Of a DNA stretch of 64,000 nt, positions 50,096 to 60,175 are shown in pieces. The DNA is taken from the NCBI GenBank assembly GCA_963752285.1, contig CAVVXN010000003.1:224001-288000 (forward strand), given 5' to 3'. The position numbers and the translations under genes were made by a program. This stretch comes from an uncultured Planctomycetota bacterium. Its GTDB lineage: Bacteria > Planctomycetota > PLA2 > JAEUHO01. Within the stretch, counting starts at the first letter, position 1. Every line of letters begins with the position of its first letter. Under the pieces are notes generated by a model. The model saw only the letters and a list, made by a program, of their open reading frames with translations. It was not told the DNA's origin and did no database searches.

Positions 50096-50363
50096 GCGAC
50101 GAGCCTCGCGCGTTCCGACCCGGGTGCGCCGGGCCCCGGACCGGCCGACGAGCGCTCGGAGGGGGACAGGGAGAGCCTGGATCCGCATGGGAGCCCCGGA
50201 CCTCGACGCGCCGGGAGGTGGAACGCCATCCTCCCGGCCCCTTCGGCCCCGAGCAATCCCCGCTCCATTCGCGATCCGTTGGGCCGGACCCGCCCCGGGG
50301 GGCGCGCGGGCGCGCTCGTCCGTACTTTGCCGGAGCCGGGCGGCGCCGGCGCGTCCTCGAGGA

Positions 50364-51275
50364 TCACCACGCCGCTCCGGTCTCGGCCCGGGCGTAGGAG
50401 GGGACCGGGCCGAGCCCGGCGAGGACCGTCCCCACGGGGGCGAAGGGGAACCGGCGGAGGAGCCCCTCCAGGCGGTCGAGGGTGCGCGAGAGGCCGATCC
50501 GGTGGCGGACCCGCATCCGTCGCTCGACGCCCGGGAGCACGGGCTGGTCGGGGTCCACCTCCCAGGGGTGGACGTACACCACGCCGGGCCAGCCCCGCTC
50601 GGCCGACAGAGAGAGCGCGCGCCGCGCGACGAAGCTCGGCAGCGCGCGGAGCCATCCGCCGCCGGCGGCGGGGAGGTTTCGCCCGAGCACGCGCCAGGTG
50701 GTCATGGGGAGCTCCAGGATCGAGCCGCCCGACGCCGTGGCGACGCGGACCGGGTGACGCGGGAAGTCGGGGACGCCGTAGCGGTCGTGCCGCACCGGGA
50801 AGACGCTGCTGCTCCACGCGTAGCCGTGCTCCGCCAGCACGTCGAACGCCCAGAAGGCGTCGCGGGAGATCGAGAAGGAGGGCGCGCGGAACCCCACGAC
50901 CCGCGCGCCGCACGCGGCCTCGATGGCCGCGGCCGCGCGATCGAGGTCCGCGCCGAACGACGCCGGGTCGAGCGTGTCCACGCGGCGGTGCTCGTAGCCG
51001 TGGGACGCGATCTCGTGCCCGCGCCGCGCGATCTCGCGGACGGCCTCGGGCGTGCGCTCGGCCACGCGACCCAGGACGAAGAACGTGGCCTTCGCGTCGT
51101 GTCGCTCGAAGAGGTCGAGGAGGCGCGAGACGCCGAGCTCCACCCGCGACTCGACCTGGTCCCACGCCGTCCGGTCGAGCGCCGACTCGAAGGCGGAAAC
51201 CTGGAACCACTCCTCGACGTCCACGGAGAGGGCGTGCCGGACGGACGCGCGGACCTCGGGCGGGGCGGGGCTCAC
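50364..51275 (-). CDS. XrtA/PEP-CTERM-system polysaccharide deacetylase (DUF3473)
   Basis: SVDVEEWFQV, ATFFVLG, HEIASHG, GFRAPSFS, GGGWLR, YVHPWEVDP. Confidence 0.9.
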   Translation of the reverse strand: MSPAPPEVRASVRHALSVDVEEWFQVSAFESALDRTAWDQVESRVELGVSRLLDLFERHDAKATFFVLGRVAERTPEAVREIARRGHEIASHGYEHRRVDTLDPASFGADLDRAAAAIEAACGARVVGFRAPSFSISRDAFWAFDVLAEHGYAWSSSVFPVRHDRYGVPDFPRHPVRVATASGGSILELPMTTWRVLGRNLPAAGGGWLRALPSFVARRALSLSAERGWPGVVYVHPWEVDPDQPVLPGVERRMRVRHRIGLSRTLDRLEGLLRRFPFAPVGTVLAGLGPVPSYARAETGAAW

Positions 51276-52648
51276 GAGACCTCCTTCGCCGCGGGCCGCA
51301 ACGCGTCGTCGGGACGGGCGGCCGCGGCGGCGAGGACGAGGGCCGGCGCCGCGTACCACCACGGTCGGGCCAGGTTGTGCGCGGCGAGGCCCGACACGAA
51401 GAGGAGGAGCAGCGTCATCAACATGGAGAGGCAGAGGAAGCGGACGGCCCGGTCCCACGGCGACCCGGCCCGCCCGCGGCGCCGCGCCTCGGCCCCGGCG
51501 AAGAGGACCGTGGACGCGAGGAAGCCCAGGAACGCGAACACCCCGAAGAAGCCCTGCGTGCCGAGGAGCTGGCCCGTCAGGTTGTGGGGCATCAGGGTGT
51601 CCCCGTCGATCTTCTGCATCCGGTACGCGCTCCAGCAGCCGGGACCCACGCCGAGGATCGGTCGCTGGCCGGCCATCTGCCACGCGACCTCGTAGCCGCG
51701 GATCCGGCCCTCGGTGCTCTCCGCCTCGCTCTGGCTCTGCGTGCCGGTGATCCAGCCGAGGTAGCGGTGGATCGACCGCTGGTCGAGGTGCGTGCTCGCG
51801 ATCACGCCGGCGACGACGAGGAACCCGAGTGCCAGGACGCGCGCGCGGCGCGAGGGGAGCGCGGCGAGCGTGAAGAGCGCGGCGAGCACCAGGAGCACGA
51901 GGCCCGACCGGGAGCGCGTGAGGATCACCGCGAGCACGGCGAGCGCGCCGTAGAGGACGGCCCCCGCGCGGACCCACCACGAGCGGGTCGCGATCCCGAG
52001 CCACACGAGGACGGGGACCGCGAAGACCACGGTGGCCGCGAACGAGTTGGGGTCGGCGTGCGAGGTGCCGGCCCCCACCATGCGACGGACGCCCATGGCC
52101 ACCACGTACCGGCCGTTCGCGTACTCCTGGAGGCTCCGCACCAGGAACACGCCGTACCCGCCGGCCCAGGCGAGCGTCGCCCACAGGACCTCGCGACGTG
52201 TCCCGACGAGGAACGCGACGAGCGGGAAGACGAGGAGCGAGGGGAGCCGCTGGTCGAGGAGCGCCTCCCGCGCGAGCCCGGGGTCGAACGCCCAGAACGT
52301 CGAGAGCAGGTTCGAGGCGAGGAAGACGCCCCACCACGTCGCGAGGCGGCGCCGCGCCGCGCGCGCGAGGTCGGGGGTCGTCGTGCGCGCGTGGCGCGCC
52401 GCCCCGAGCTCGGCCACGAGCCGCGCGCCCGCGTACAGGAGCGCGAAGCCGCCGAGCAGGAGCCGCGGCCGGAACCGCGCCACCGCGGGCCACTCTTCGT
52501 CGATCGCGGCGCTGGCGACGAACAGGTAGAGGAGCAGCGCCCAGAAGGGGAGCGAGAACCCCCGCGGCACGCCGGGCCTCAGTCGCGCCTCGCCGCCGGT
52601 CGGGCCCGGGAGGTCCGCGCGCGGCAGGGGGGCGACCGTGGGGCTCAC
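51272..52648 (-). CDS. O-antigen ligase / Wzy polymerase family protein
   Basis: Multiple TM helices; DPNSFA, TRSRSG, GRI, PILGVGPG, HN. Confidence 0.85.
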   Translation of the reverse strand: MSPTVAPLPRADLPGPTGGEARLRPGVPRGFSLPFWALLLYLFVASAAIDEEWPAVARFRPRLLLGGFALLYAGARLVAELGAARHARTTTPDLARAARRRLATWWGVFLASNLLSTFWAFDPGLAREALLDQRLPSLLVFPLVAFLVGTRREVLWATLAWAGGYGVFLVRSLQEYANGRYVVAMGVRRMVGAGTSHADPNSFAATVVFAVPVLVWLGIATRSWWVRAGAVLYGALAVLAVILTRSRSGLVLLVLAALFTLAALPSRRARVLALGFLVVAGVIASTHLDQRSIHRYLGWITGTQSQSEAESTEGRIRGYEVAWQMAGQRPILGVGPGCWSAYRMQKIDGDTLMPHNLTGQLLGTQGFFGVFAFLGFLASTVLFAGAEARRRGRAGSPWDRAVRFLCLSMLMTLLLLFVSGLAAHNLARPWWYAAPALVLAAAAARPDDALRPAAKEVS

Positions 52649-54255
52649 GCCGGCTCCGTCTGCGGGCGCGTGGGGAGGAGACGCCCGGCGTCGCCGAAGA
52701 GGGCCGGAGCGAGGCGCCGCACCCCGAGGGCGCCGGCGAGGCAGAGCGCGACGCAGAGGCCGGCCAGGAGCACGAGCGCGGGCCACGAGAAGCGGGCGTC
52801 GGCCGGCACGACGAGGAAGAGGAGGACGCCCGCGGGGAGCGCGGCGAGGACGGGGCCGGCCCACGTGCTCCGCCACCAGCCCACGAGGCCGACGCGCTGC
52901 TCCCGGCAGACGCTGAGGGGCAGAAGCACGCCGTGCACGAGGTACGCCGGCAGGGCCGTGCCCCACGCCACGCCGACGATGCCGAAGCGCCCCACGAGGA
53001 GCACGCTCAGGCCGAGGTTCAGCGCCCCCTCGAGGATCAGGAGCAGGGCCAGGGGGCGCACCCGCGCCATGCCGTAGTGCGCGGCGACGATCGGTCCCGA
53101 GGCGATCGCCGGCACCACGGCGAGCGTCATCACGAACAGGACGCCGGAGGACGCGTCCGCGAACTCCGGCCCCATCCAGCGATCGAGGAACGCCCGCCCG
53201 AAGACGAGCAGGTACACCACGATCGGCCCGGCGAGGAGGAGCACCACGCGCGAGCTCCCCTGGAGCATGCGACGGATGCCTTCGCGGTCGTCCTTCGCCT
53301 GGAGCGCGCCCGCGGCCGGCTCCACGACCCGCGCGGCGACGCGGAGCAGGTCGCGCGCGTAGTACGCGAGCTTGAAGCCGATCGCGAACCACGCGACGGC
53401 CGTCGGCGAGAGGGCGCGGCCGATGACGAGCGGGTCGGTCGCCCACGTGACCTGGAGGGCGACCGAGACGACCGTCGCCCACCCGCCGAACCGGAGGAGG
53501 GCGCGGAACGAGACGCGGTCCGCGAGGCGCGGGGAGAATCGGAGCCGCGGCTCGAGGCGGAAGGCGAGCGCCGTGTACCACGCCATCCCGAGGAGCCCGC
53601 TCCCCGCCACCACCGCGGCGAGCGCGAGCAGGCCGCCGCCGTTCGCCAGGACGAGCACGATCCCCGTGGTCTTCACCGCGAGCACGACGAGCCGCGCGCG
53701 GGCGAGGACGTCGTAGCGCTGCTTGCCGACGAGCACCGCGGAGAACGCGTTGAGCGGCAGCGTGAGCGCGAGCTCGGCCGCGACGAGGAGGAGGGCGATC
53801 GCGGCGGGCGTCTCGTATCCGGGTTGGACGCGCCAGAACCGCGGCAGGGCGAGCGCCAGGGGACCCGCGAGGAGGAGGATCGCCGCGCCCGCGAGCGCGA
53901 ACACGAGGAACGCGGCGTTCACGAAGCGGTTCAGCGACTCGAAGTCGCCCTGGGCGTCGTTCCGCGCCACGAAGTGCACCGCCGCGGGCCGTACGCCGAG
54001 GTCCGCGAAGCCGAGGTAGCCCGTGAGCGCGACCACGATCTCCCAGACGCCGTACGGCGAGGTCCCGAGCCGCGCCACGACGAACGGGGAGAGGAAGAAC
54101 ATGACGAGGGCCTGCGCGGCGAAGGACGTGGTCTCCCACGCGCCGTTCCTCACGAGGACGCGCCGCCCGCTGCCCGGGGGCCCGACGAACGCCCGCGCCC
54201 GCGCCCACGCACGGGCGGGCGCGGCCGGCCGGGCGGCCGGGGGGACGGAGGGCAT
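52645..54255 (-). CDS. wzx: Oligosaccharide flippase (Wzx)
   Basis: LG...YGVW...ADLG; about 12-14 TM helices; NLGLSVLLV..FGIVGVAWGT. Confidence 0.88.
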   Translation of the reverse strand: MPSVPPAARPAAPARAWARARAFVGPPGSGRRVLVRNGAWETTSFAAQALVMFFLSPFVVARLGTSPYGVWEIVVALTGYLGFADLGVRPAAVHFVARNDAQGDFESLNRFVNAAFLVFALAGAAILLLAGPLALALPRFWRVQPGYETPAAIALLLVAAELALTLPLNAFSAVLVGKQRYDVLARARLVVLAVKTTGIVLVLANGGGLLALAAVVAGSGLLGMAWYTALAFRLEPRLRFSPRLADRVSFRALLRFGGWATVVSVALQVTWATDPLVIGRALSPTAVAWFAIGFKLAYYARDLLRVAARVVEPAAGALQAKDDREGIRRMLQGSSRVVLLLAGPIVVYLLVFGRAFLDRWMGPEFADASSGVLFVMTLAVVPAIASGPIVAAHYGMARVRPLALLLILEGALNLGLSVLLVGRFGIVGVAWGTALPAYLVHGVLLPLSVCREQRVGLVGWWRSTWAGPVLAALPAGVLLFLVVPADARFSWPALVLLAGLCVALCLAGALGVRRLAPALFGDAGRLLPTRPQTEPA

Positions 54256-54597
54256 CGGCACGGGCGGGGCTCCCAGCGGGGTACCGGACGCGGGTCGGAG
54301 GGCAAGCGCCGGGCCGCGGCGCGGCGCCGCCGCGTGGCGGCGCCGGTGTCGCGTCGCGAGGACGCCTGCGCCCGGGGTGTACAGGAATCTCGACGTCTGG
54401 GTAAGGTGCGGATCCCTCATCGGCTCCGGCACGCCCTCCAGGCGAGCGGCACCGGGGTTGCGACGGACATGCCCCCGGCCCCGGGGGGCCTTGGATCGGG
54501 CCCCGGCGGTCGGGGTGAGGGACCGTGGCGGAAGCGAGCCCGGGGCGGCGTGGCCGCGCCGGGTCGTACGGGACCCAGATCCCGCACGGGAGCCTTC

Positions 54598-55548
54598 ATG
54601 AAGATGTGCGTGACGGGGGGGGCCGGCTTCATCGGGTCCCACCTGGTGGACCGGCTCCTCGAGGAGGGGCACGAGGTCGTCGTGCTCGACGACTTCTCGA
54701 CGGGCCGCCGGGAGAACCTCGCGGCCGCGGCGGACCGTGTCCGGGTCGTCCGGGGCGACGTCCGCGACCGCGCGGCGCTCGACGACGCCCTCGCCGGCGC
54801 GGACGTGGTGTTCCATCAGGCGGCCCTCGCGGCCGTCCAACGGAGCCTCGACGACCCGAGGACCGTCACCGACGTGAACCTCTCGGGGACGCTCGCGGTG
54901 CTCCTCGCCGCGCGCGACCTCGGCGCACGCCGCGTCGTGTTCGCCTCGTCCTCCTCCGTCTACGGCGACACCCCGGTCCTCCCGAAGGTGGAGACGATGC
55001 CGACGAGCCCGCGATCGCCGTACGCGGCGTCGAAGGCCGCGGCCGAGAGCTACCTGCTCGCCTTTCACGCCTCCTTCGGGCTCGAGACCGTCGCGCTGCG
55101 ATACTTCAACGTGTACGGCCCGCGCCAGTCGGCCCGGTCGCGCTACGCCGCGGTCGTGCCGCTCTTCTTCGAGGCGATGTCCGAGGGCCGCGCCCCGACG
55201 ATCCACGGTGACGGTCTCCAGACGCGAGACTTCTCGTACGTCGCCGACACGGTGGACGCGGTCGTACGCGCCGCGTCCGCACCCGACGCCGCGGGGCGGA
55301 TCCTCAACGTGGGTGGCGGAGGCGAGCCGGTCTCGATCCTCGATCTCGCGCGGATCGTGGCCGAGGTCGTCGGTTTCGAGGGCGCGCCCGTGCACGGTCC
55401 CGCGCGTGCCGGCGACGTCCGCGACTCGCACGCCGACACGACGCTGGCGCGGTCCCTGCTCGGCTGGGCGCCGCGGACGACGCTTGGCGAGGGCGTTCGC
55501 CGCATCCGCGACGCACGCGCGACCGCCGAGGAACGGAGCCGGACGTGA
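54598..55548 (+). CDS. NAD-dependent epimerase/dehydratase (UDP-glucose/GlcNAc 4-epimerase type)
   Basis: VTGGAGFIGSH, ASSSSVYG, YAASK, LRYFNVYGPRQ, GDGLQTRDF. Confidence 0.93.
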   Translation: MKMCVTGGAGFIGSHLVDRLLEEGHEVVVLDDFSTGRRENLAAAADRVRVVRGDVRDRAALDDALAGADVVFHQAALAAVQRSLDDPRTVTDVNLSGTLAVLLAARDLGARRVVFASSSSVYGDTPVLPKVETMPTSPRSPYAASKAAAESYLLAFHASFGLETVALRYFNVYGPRQSARSRYAAVVPLFFEAMSEGRAPTIHGDGLQTRDFSYVADTVDAVVRAASAPDAAGRILNVGGGGEPVSILDLARIVAEVVGFEGAPVHGPARAGDVRDSHADTTLARSLLGWAPRTTLGEGVRRIRDARATAEERSRT

Positions 55549-57170
55549 ACGTGCTCCTCGCCGCGTCGTCCCGTCTGCTCCGCGTCGCGTGGTCCCACCG
55601 CTTCGCGTTCGCGGTGCCCGTGGCGACGCTCCTCCTCCCGGCGGCGATCTGGGCCGTGCATCAGCCCGACGTCTACACGGCGGAGGCGATCGTCCAGGTC
55701 CAGTCGCTCCAGCCCGAGAACATCGGCGGCGCGCTGCCCCAGGAGACCGCGGCCCGTCCGGACGAGCTCCTCCCGACGATCCGGGACCGGCTCTTCTCGC
55801 GGCCGAACCTCGTCGCGACGCTCCCGCTGCTGGCGCCGGGCGCCTCGCCCGACGACGCGCGGCGTTTGGAGGGCCTCGCGAAGTCGTTCCAGTGGCGACA
55901 GGTCGGGTACACGGCGTTCGGTGTCGGGCTCCAGCACGTGGACCCGGCCGTGGCCGCGAAGGGCGTGAACGAGCTCCTCCGCGCGTTCCTCGAGTCGGAG
56001 CGGGCGGAGCGGCTGCGGCGCGCGGAACGGAACCAGGCCTTCCACGAGCAGGAGTTCGAGAGCGCGCTCGCGGCGCACCGCCGCCTGACGGACGAGCTCG
56101 ACGCGCTCCGTGCCGCGCACGCCGACTCGCTCCCCGAGCGGAAGAGCGGGCTCGAGATGGAGCTGCGCCGCGTCGAGGCCGAGACCACCGCGGAGGCCGG
56201 GGTCCTCGCCGCCGCCCGCGCGCGCGTCCAGGCGCTCGACGAGCAGATCGCCGCGCTCGTGACCCAGGCGCCGGCACCCGGCACCCCGGACGCGAAGAGC
56301 GCCGAGGAGGAGGCGGTGGCCCTGCGGCTCGCCGACGCGGAGAAGGCCCTCGGCGTCCTCAAGGACGAGCTCCAGAAGGCCGAGATCCGCTACACGGACA
56401 AGCACCCCGACGTGCTGCGCCTTCGCGCCTCGGTCGCGAACCAGACGCGCGTGGTCGAGGCGGCCGTGGCCGATCTCGACCGCGTGCGGAAGCAGTCGCA
56501 CGGGCGCGCGCTCGCCGGCGCCGAGTCCCAGCGCGACCAGCGCCGCGAGAGCCTCGACCGCCTTCGCGACTCGGCGGCGACCGCGCAGTCCGAGGCCGAG
56601 GCGAAGAACCGGGCGCTCGCCGCCGAGGCGGACCGGATCGGGCGCGCGCTCCAGGAGGTCCCCGCGACCGAGCTCGCGATGCGCCCGCTCGCGCACGACC
56701 TGGACGAGGCGGCCAAGCGGCTCGAGTCCTTCCGGCGGGACGCGGCCGCGGCGCGCGCCGCCGCGGACTTCTACCGCAGCGGCGACCTCGCCGACGTGAC
56801 GTCGTTCCACGTCTCCGCGTGGGCGGTGCCGCCCGTGGAGCCCTCCGGGCCGGGGCGGGTCCGTCTGCTCGCCACGGCGATCGGGCTGGGCCTCCTCGCG
56901 GGATGGGGGCTCCTCGTCCTCCGTCGCCGCCTCGAGGGCACGGTGGTGTGGAGCGCACGCGACCTGGACGGCCTCCTTCCCGGAGCCGTGGTGGTCTCGG
57001 TGCCGCGCCTCGGCCCCGGCCGCCGTTCGCGGCGCGGACTCGCGATGGAGCTCGGCGCGACGCTCTACGTCTCGGCGCTCCTCGGCGCGACGGCGTTCCT
57101 CCTCGCGGCGCACAAGGGCTGGCTGCCCGCGCCCTCCTGGCTCGAGAGCTTCCTCGGGGGGCGGGCGTGA
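55545..57170 (+). CDS. Polysaccharide chain-length determinant (Wzc N-terminal / GumC-like)
   Basis: N-terminal TM, long coiled coil, YTDKHPDV, P..PSGP before C-terminal TM. Confidence 0.85.
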   Translation: MNVLLAASSRLLRVAWSHRFAFAVPVATLLLPAAIWAVHQPDVYTAEAIVQVQSLQPENIGGALPQETAARPDELLPTIRDRLFSRPNLVATLPLLAPGASPDDARRLEGLAKSFQWRQVGYTAFGVGLQHVDPAVAAKGVNELLRAFLESERAERLRRAERNQAFHEQEFESALAAHRRLTDELDALRAAHADSLPERKSGLEMELRRVEAETTAEAGVLAAARARVQALDEQIAALVTQAPAPGTPDAKSAEEEAVALRLADAEKALGVLKDELQKAEIRYTDKHPDVLRLRASVANQTRVVEAAVADLDRVRKQSHGRALAGAESQRDQRRESLDRLRDSAATAQSEAEAKNRALAAEADRIGRALQEVPATELAMRPLAHDLDEAAKRLESFRRDAAAARAAADFYRSGDLADVTSFHVSAWAVPPVEPSGPGRVRLLATAIGLGLLAGWGLLVLRRRLEGTVVWSARDLDGLLPGAVVVSVPRLGPGRRSRRGLAMELGATLYVSALLGATAFLLAAHKGWLPAPSWLESFLGGRA

Positions 57171-57880
57171 TGCGCGTGCCCGGCGCTCCGGAGCCCGAGT
57201 CCCCCGCGCGCGGCCTCGTGCCGCGGCGCGGGACGGCGATCCAGCCCTCGGGGGCCTCGTCGCCCCTCGCGCTCGTCGCCGAGGGCCGCATCGTCCCCGT
57301 GCCCGACGCCGACGAGCGGTCGGTGGACGGGTACCTCCGACTCGCGGCCCACGTCCTCCTCGAGGCGGGCCGGTTCGGGTTCCGCACCGTCGGTGTGCTC
57401 TCGGCCCACGAGGGCGAGGGGAAGACCACGGCGGCCCTGAACCTCGCGGCGAGCCTCGGGCGCGCGCGCGGTCGCCAGGGGCGTGTGCTCCTGGTGGACG
57501 GCGACCCGCGGCGACGGACGCTGACCCGCCTCCTCTGTGGCGAGACGACCGCCGAGCAGGACCACGCGGTCCTCACGGCGACGTCGTTCGAGAACGTCGA
57601 TCTCCTGACGGCGCCGCATCCCGGCGCGGGCCCGCGCGTGAACGCGCCCGAGGCTTGGCTCGAGACGCTCGAGCAGGTCGCGACGGGATACCCGCAGGTC
57701 GTGGTCGACGGCCCCGCGGTCCTCGAAGACCCGGACGGGCTCGTGGTCCGCGCCTGCGTCGAGGCGATCGTGCTCGTGATCGAGGTCGGCCGGACTACGC
57801 GGAAGGCCGTGGAAGAGACGCTCGGGGGGCTCGGGCGTCGGGTGGTGGGCGTGGTGCTGAACGGTCAGGACGGGGTCTAG
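57170..57880 (+). CDS. CpsD/CapB-type tyrosine kinase (stand-alone)
   Basis: SAHEGEGKTT, VLLVDGDPR, VVVDGPAV, VVGVVLN. Confidence 0.85.
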   Translation: MRVPGAPEPESPARGLVPRRGTAIQPSGASSPLALVAEGRIVPVPDADERSVDGYLRLAAHVLLEAGRFGFRTVGVLSAHEGEGKTTAALNLAASLGRARGRQGRVLLVDGDPRRRTLTRLLCGETTAEQDHAVLTATSFENVDLLTAPHPGAGPRVNAPEAWLETLEQVATGYPQVVVDGPAVLEDPDGLVVRACVEAIVLVIEVGRTTRKAVEETLGGLGRRVVGVVLNGQDGV

Positions 57881-57900
57881 AGACCCGGAGGGACGCTTCG

Positions 57901-59295
57901 ATGATCCAGCAGGTGGCCTTGGCCCCGCACGTTTTGGTGCGCACCCCCTCGACGCCGCGCCGCGAGATTCCCCGGCGCATGACGCCGGCGCACCCGGGCG
58001 CGGTGATCCTCCCGGCCGCCCTGGCGGTCGCCGGCACCGCCCTCGGCGCCGCCACGACGTCCGCGCTCGTCGGTGCGGCGTCCGGCGCGCGCCTCGGCGC
58101 GGCGTCGCTGGCGACAGTCGCGCTCCTCTTCGCGTACGTGGCCCGCGTGGTCCTCGCCGGCCGCCGCCGGCCGGTCCTGGCGCGCGCGACGTCCGTCGCG
58201 GCGGCCGCGCTCGCGGTGCTCGGCGCGGGGGCGCTCGGCTTCGCGCCCGAGGGCGGGCTCCCCGCGCTCGCCTCGATGGCGCTCCTTCCGGCGCTGGCCG
58301 TCGAGCTCGCCGCGCGGGGCCGCCGTAATCTCCTGCGCACGCACCTTCGTCGCGTGAGCCTCGTCGCGCCGAGCGAGATGGCCGCGGAGGAGGCGATCCG
58401 GCGGCTCGAGAACGTCCCCGGCCTCGAGATCCGGAGCGTCGTGATCCCGGGCTGCGACGTCGAGCGCGCGATCCGGATGCTCGAACGGCCCGTCGGCCGG
58501 ACGGTAGGCGGACGCATGCGCCTCGAGCCGGAGGTCGTCATCTCCTGCCCCCGCCGCGACGCGAACGTCGCGTCCGCCATCGCGCAGCTCGTCGCGCTGG
58601 GCCACACGGTGACGAGCGAGTCGGCGACGATGCAGGGCGCCGAGGGACGCGTGGACGTCGCCCGCGCGCACCCCCTGAACCTCCTGCTGGCGCGGCGGCC
58701 CGCCCCGGTCTCGGACGCGCTCCGGCGGGGCGTGGACGTGGTCGGCTCCGCCCTGCTCCTCCTGCTCCTCTCCCCGGTGTTCCTGGTCGCCGCCGTCGCG
58801 ACCTGGCTCGACTCCGGGTTCCCGATCTTCTACCGCCAGAGCCGCGTGGGCCGCCGGGGACGGCTGTTCCCGGTCATCAAGTTCCGCACGATGCGTCCGG
58901 ACGCGGAGGAGCAGTCCGGGCCCGTCTTCGCCACGACCGACGACCCGCGGGTCACCGCGGTGGGGCGCGTGCTCCGCCGGTATCGAGTCGACGAGCTCCC
59001 GCAGCTCGTGAACGTGCTCCTCGGCAGCATGACGCTGGTCGGACCGCGGCCCGAGCGCCCGCACTTCTTCAACGTGCTCCGGCAGGACGTGCCCCTCTTC
59101 GAGCTCAGGACCTGCGTGAAGCCCGGCGTCACCGGCTGGGCCCAGATCCGCCTGCCGTACACGGCGGAGAGCGACGAGGCCCGCATGAAGCTCGAGTACG
59201 ACCTCTACTACGTGACGCACCAGAACCTCCTCTTCGACCTCGCGATCCTCCTCGAGACCGTCGGCGTGGCGCTCACGGGCGCCGGCGCCCGCTGA
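57901..59295 (+). CDS. Initiating polyprenyl glycosylphosphotransferase (sugar transferase)
   Basis: KFRTM, DDPRVT.VG..LRR.RVDELPQL.NVL.G.M.LVGPRPE, KPGVTGWAQ. Confidence 0.93.
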   Translation: MIQQVALAPHVLVRTPSTPRREIPRRMTPAHPGAVILPAALAVAGTALGAATTSALVGAASGARLGAASLATVALLFAYVARVVLAGRRRPVLARATSVAAAALAVLGAGALGFAPEGGLPALASMALLPALAVELAARGRRNLLRTHLRRVSLVAPSEMAAEEAIRRLENVPGLEIRSVVIPGCDVERAIRMLERPVGRTVGGRMRLEPEVVISCPRRDANVASAIAQLVALGHTVTSESATMQGAEGRVDVARAHPLNLLLARRPAPVSDALRRGVDVVGSALLLLLLSPVFLVAAVATWLDSGFPIFYRQSRVGRRGRLFPVIKFRTMRPDAEEQSGPVFATTDDPRVTAVGRVLRRYRVDELPQLVNVLLGSMTLVGPRPERPHFFNVLRQDVPLFELRTCVKPGVTGWAQIRLPYTAESDEARMKLEYDLYYVTHQNLLFDLAILLETVGVALTGAGAR

Positions 59296-59348
59296 TCTCG
59301 CGCGACCCGGGGGCGGCGTGGCAGCATGACCGCGTCCCCGGAGCCGCC

Positions 59349-59786
59349 ATGTGCCGTCTCGTCCGTGTGATCCGCGTCCCCTCGCGCGCCCCTCTCGCCT
59401 CGCTCGTCGCCGCCCTCGCCCTCGCCGCTCTGCTCGCGGGGTGCGGCACGAAGGGCGACGCGGCCGCCGGGTCCGGCTCGCCGTCGGTTCCCGCCATCTC
59501 GTTCTTCGAGCGCGCGGCGAAGAAGGACGTCCCCGGGATCCTCGCGCTCGGGACGCCGGGGTGGAGCGGCCGGGTGAAGGATGGGACCTCCGTCGCCTCG
59601 GCGATCGTCACGGGCGAGGTCTCGCCCCGCACCTGGGACCTTCGCATGGTGGACATCCAGGGCGAACGGGCGACGGTCGTCGTGCGCGTCGTGCTCGCCG
59701 CGGGCGACCAGACGAGCCCCGCCGAGGACCTTCGGTTCACGCTCGTGCGCGCCGACGGGACCTGGCGGATCGACGACGTCGAGTGA
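59349..59786 (+). CDS. Hypothetical lipoprotein (NTF2/DUF4878-like C-terminus possible)
   Basis: LAGC lipobox; C-terminal F.LVR.DG.WRI. Confidence 0.65.
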   Translation: MCRLVRVIRVPSRAPLASLVAALALAALLAGCGTKGDAAAGSGSPSVPAISFFERAAKKDVPGILALGTPGWSGRVKDGTSVASAIVTGEVSPRTWDLRMVDIQGERATVVVRVVLAAGDQTSPAEDLRFTLVRADGTWRIDDVE

Positions 59787-59833
59787 CCGCCGCGGGGTTC
59801 GGGTACCCTCGTCGCGCCGCGACCGAGGACCCC

Positions 59834-60172
59834 GTGGGGCGTACCGTGCTGTATCGCGTGAAGATCGGAGAGGACGAGTACATCGGCACCGCCGAGGAGG
59901 TGGTCGGCTTCATGGCGCAGAACGTCGGAGCGCCGGGCCACGACGTCGAGACGTACATGCGCGGCATCGCGATCCGCCTGCGCGAGACGATGGGCATCGT
60001 GGGCATCGAGACCACCGACGCGGTGTCGTTCCTCGAGACGCTCCGGCTGGAGAACGTCCTGCCGGTCGAGGAGGTGGGCGAGCCCTCGGAGGTCCGGCAC
60101 GACCCCGAGGAGGTGCTCGGGGAGGGGCCGGTGGTCTACGGTCCCGGCGTGGACCCCGGCGACCTCGACTGA
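59834..60172 (+). CDS. Small acidic hypothetical protein
   Basis: GAGGA RBS before GTG; MGRTVLYRVKIGEDEYIGTAEEVVGFM...; protein-like composition. Confidence 0.65.
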   Translation: MGRTVLYRVKIGEDEYIGTAEEVVGFMAQNVGAPGHDVETYMRGIAIRLRETMGIVGIETTDAVSFLETLRLENVLPVEEVGEPSEVRHDPEEVLGEGPVVYGPGVDPGDLD

Positions 60173-60175
60173 GGC

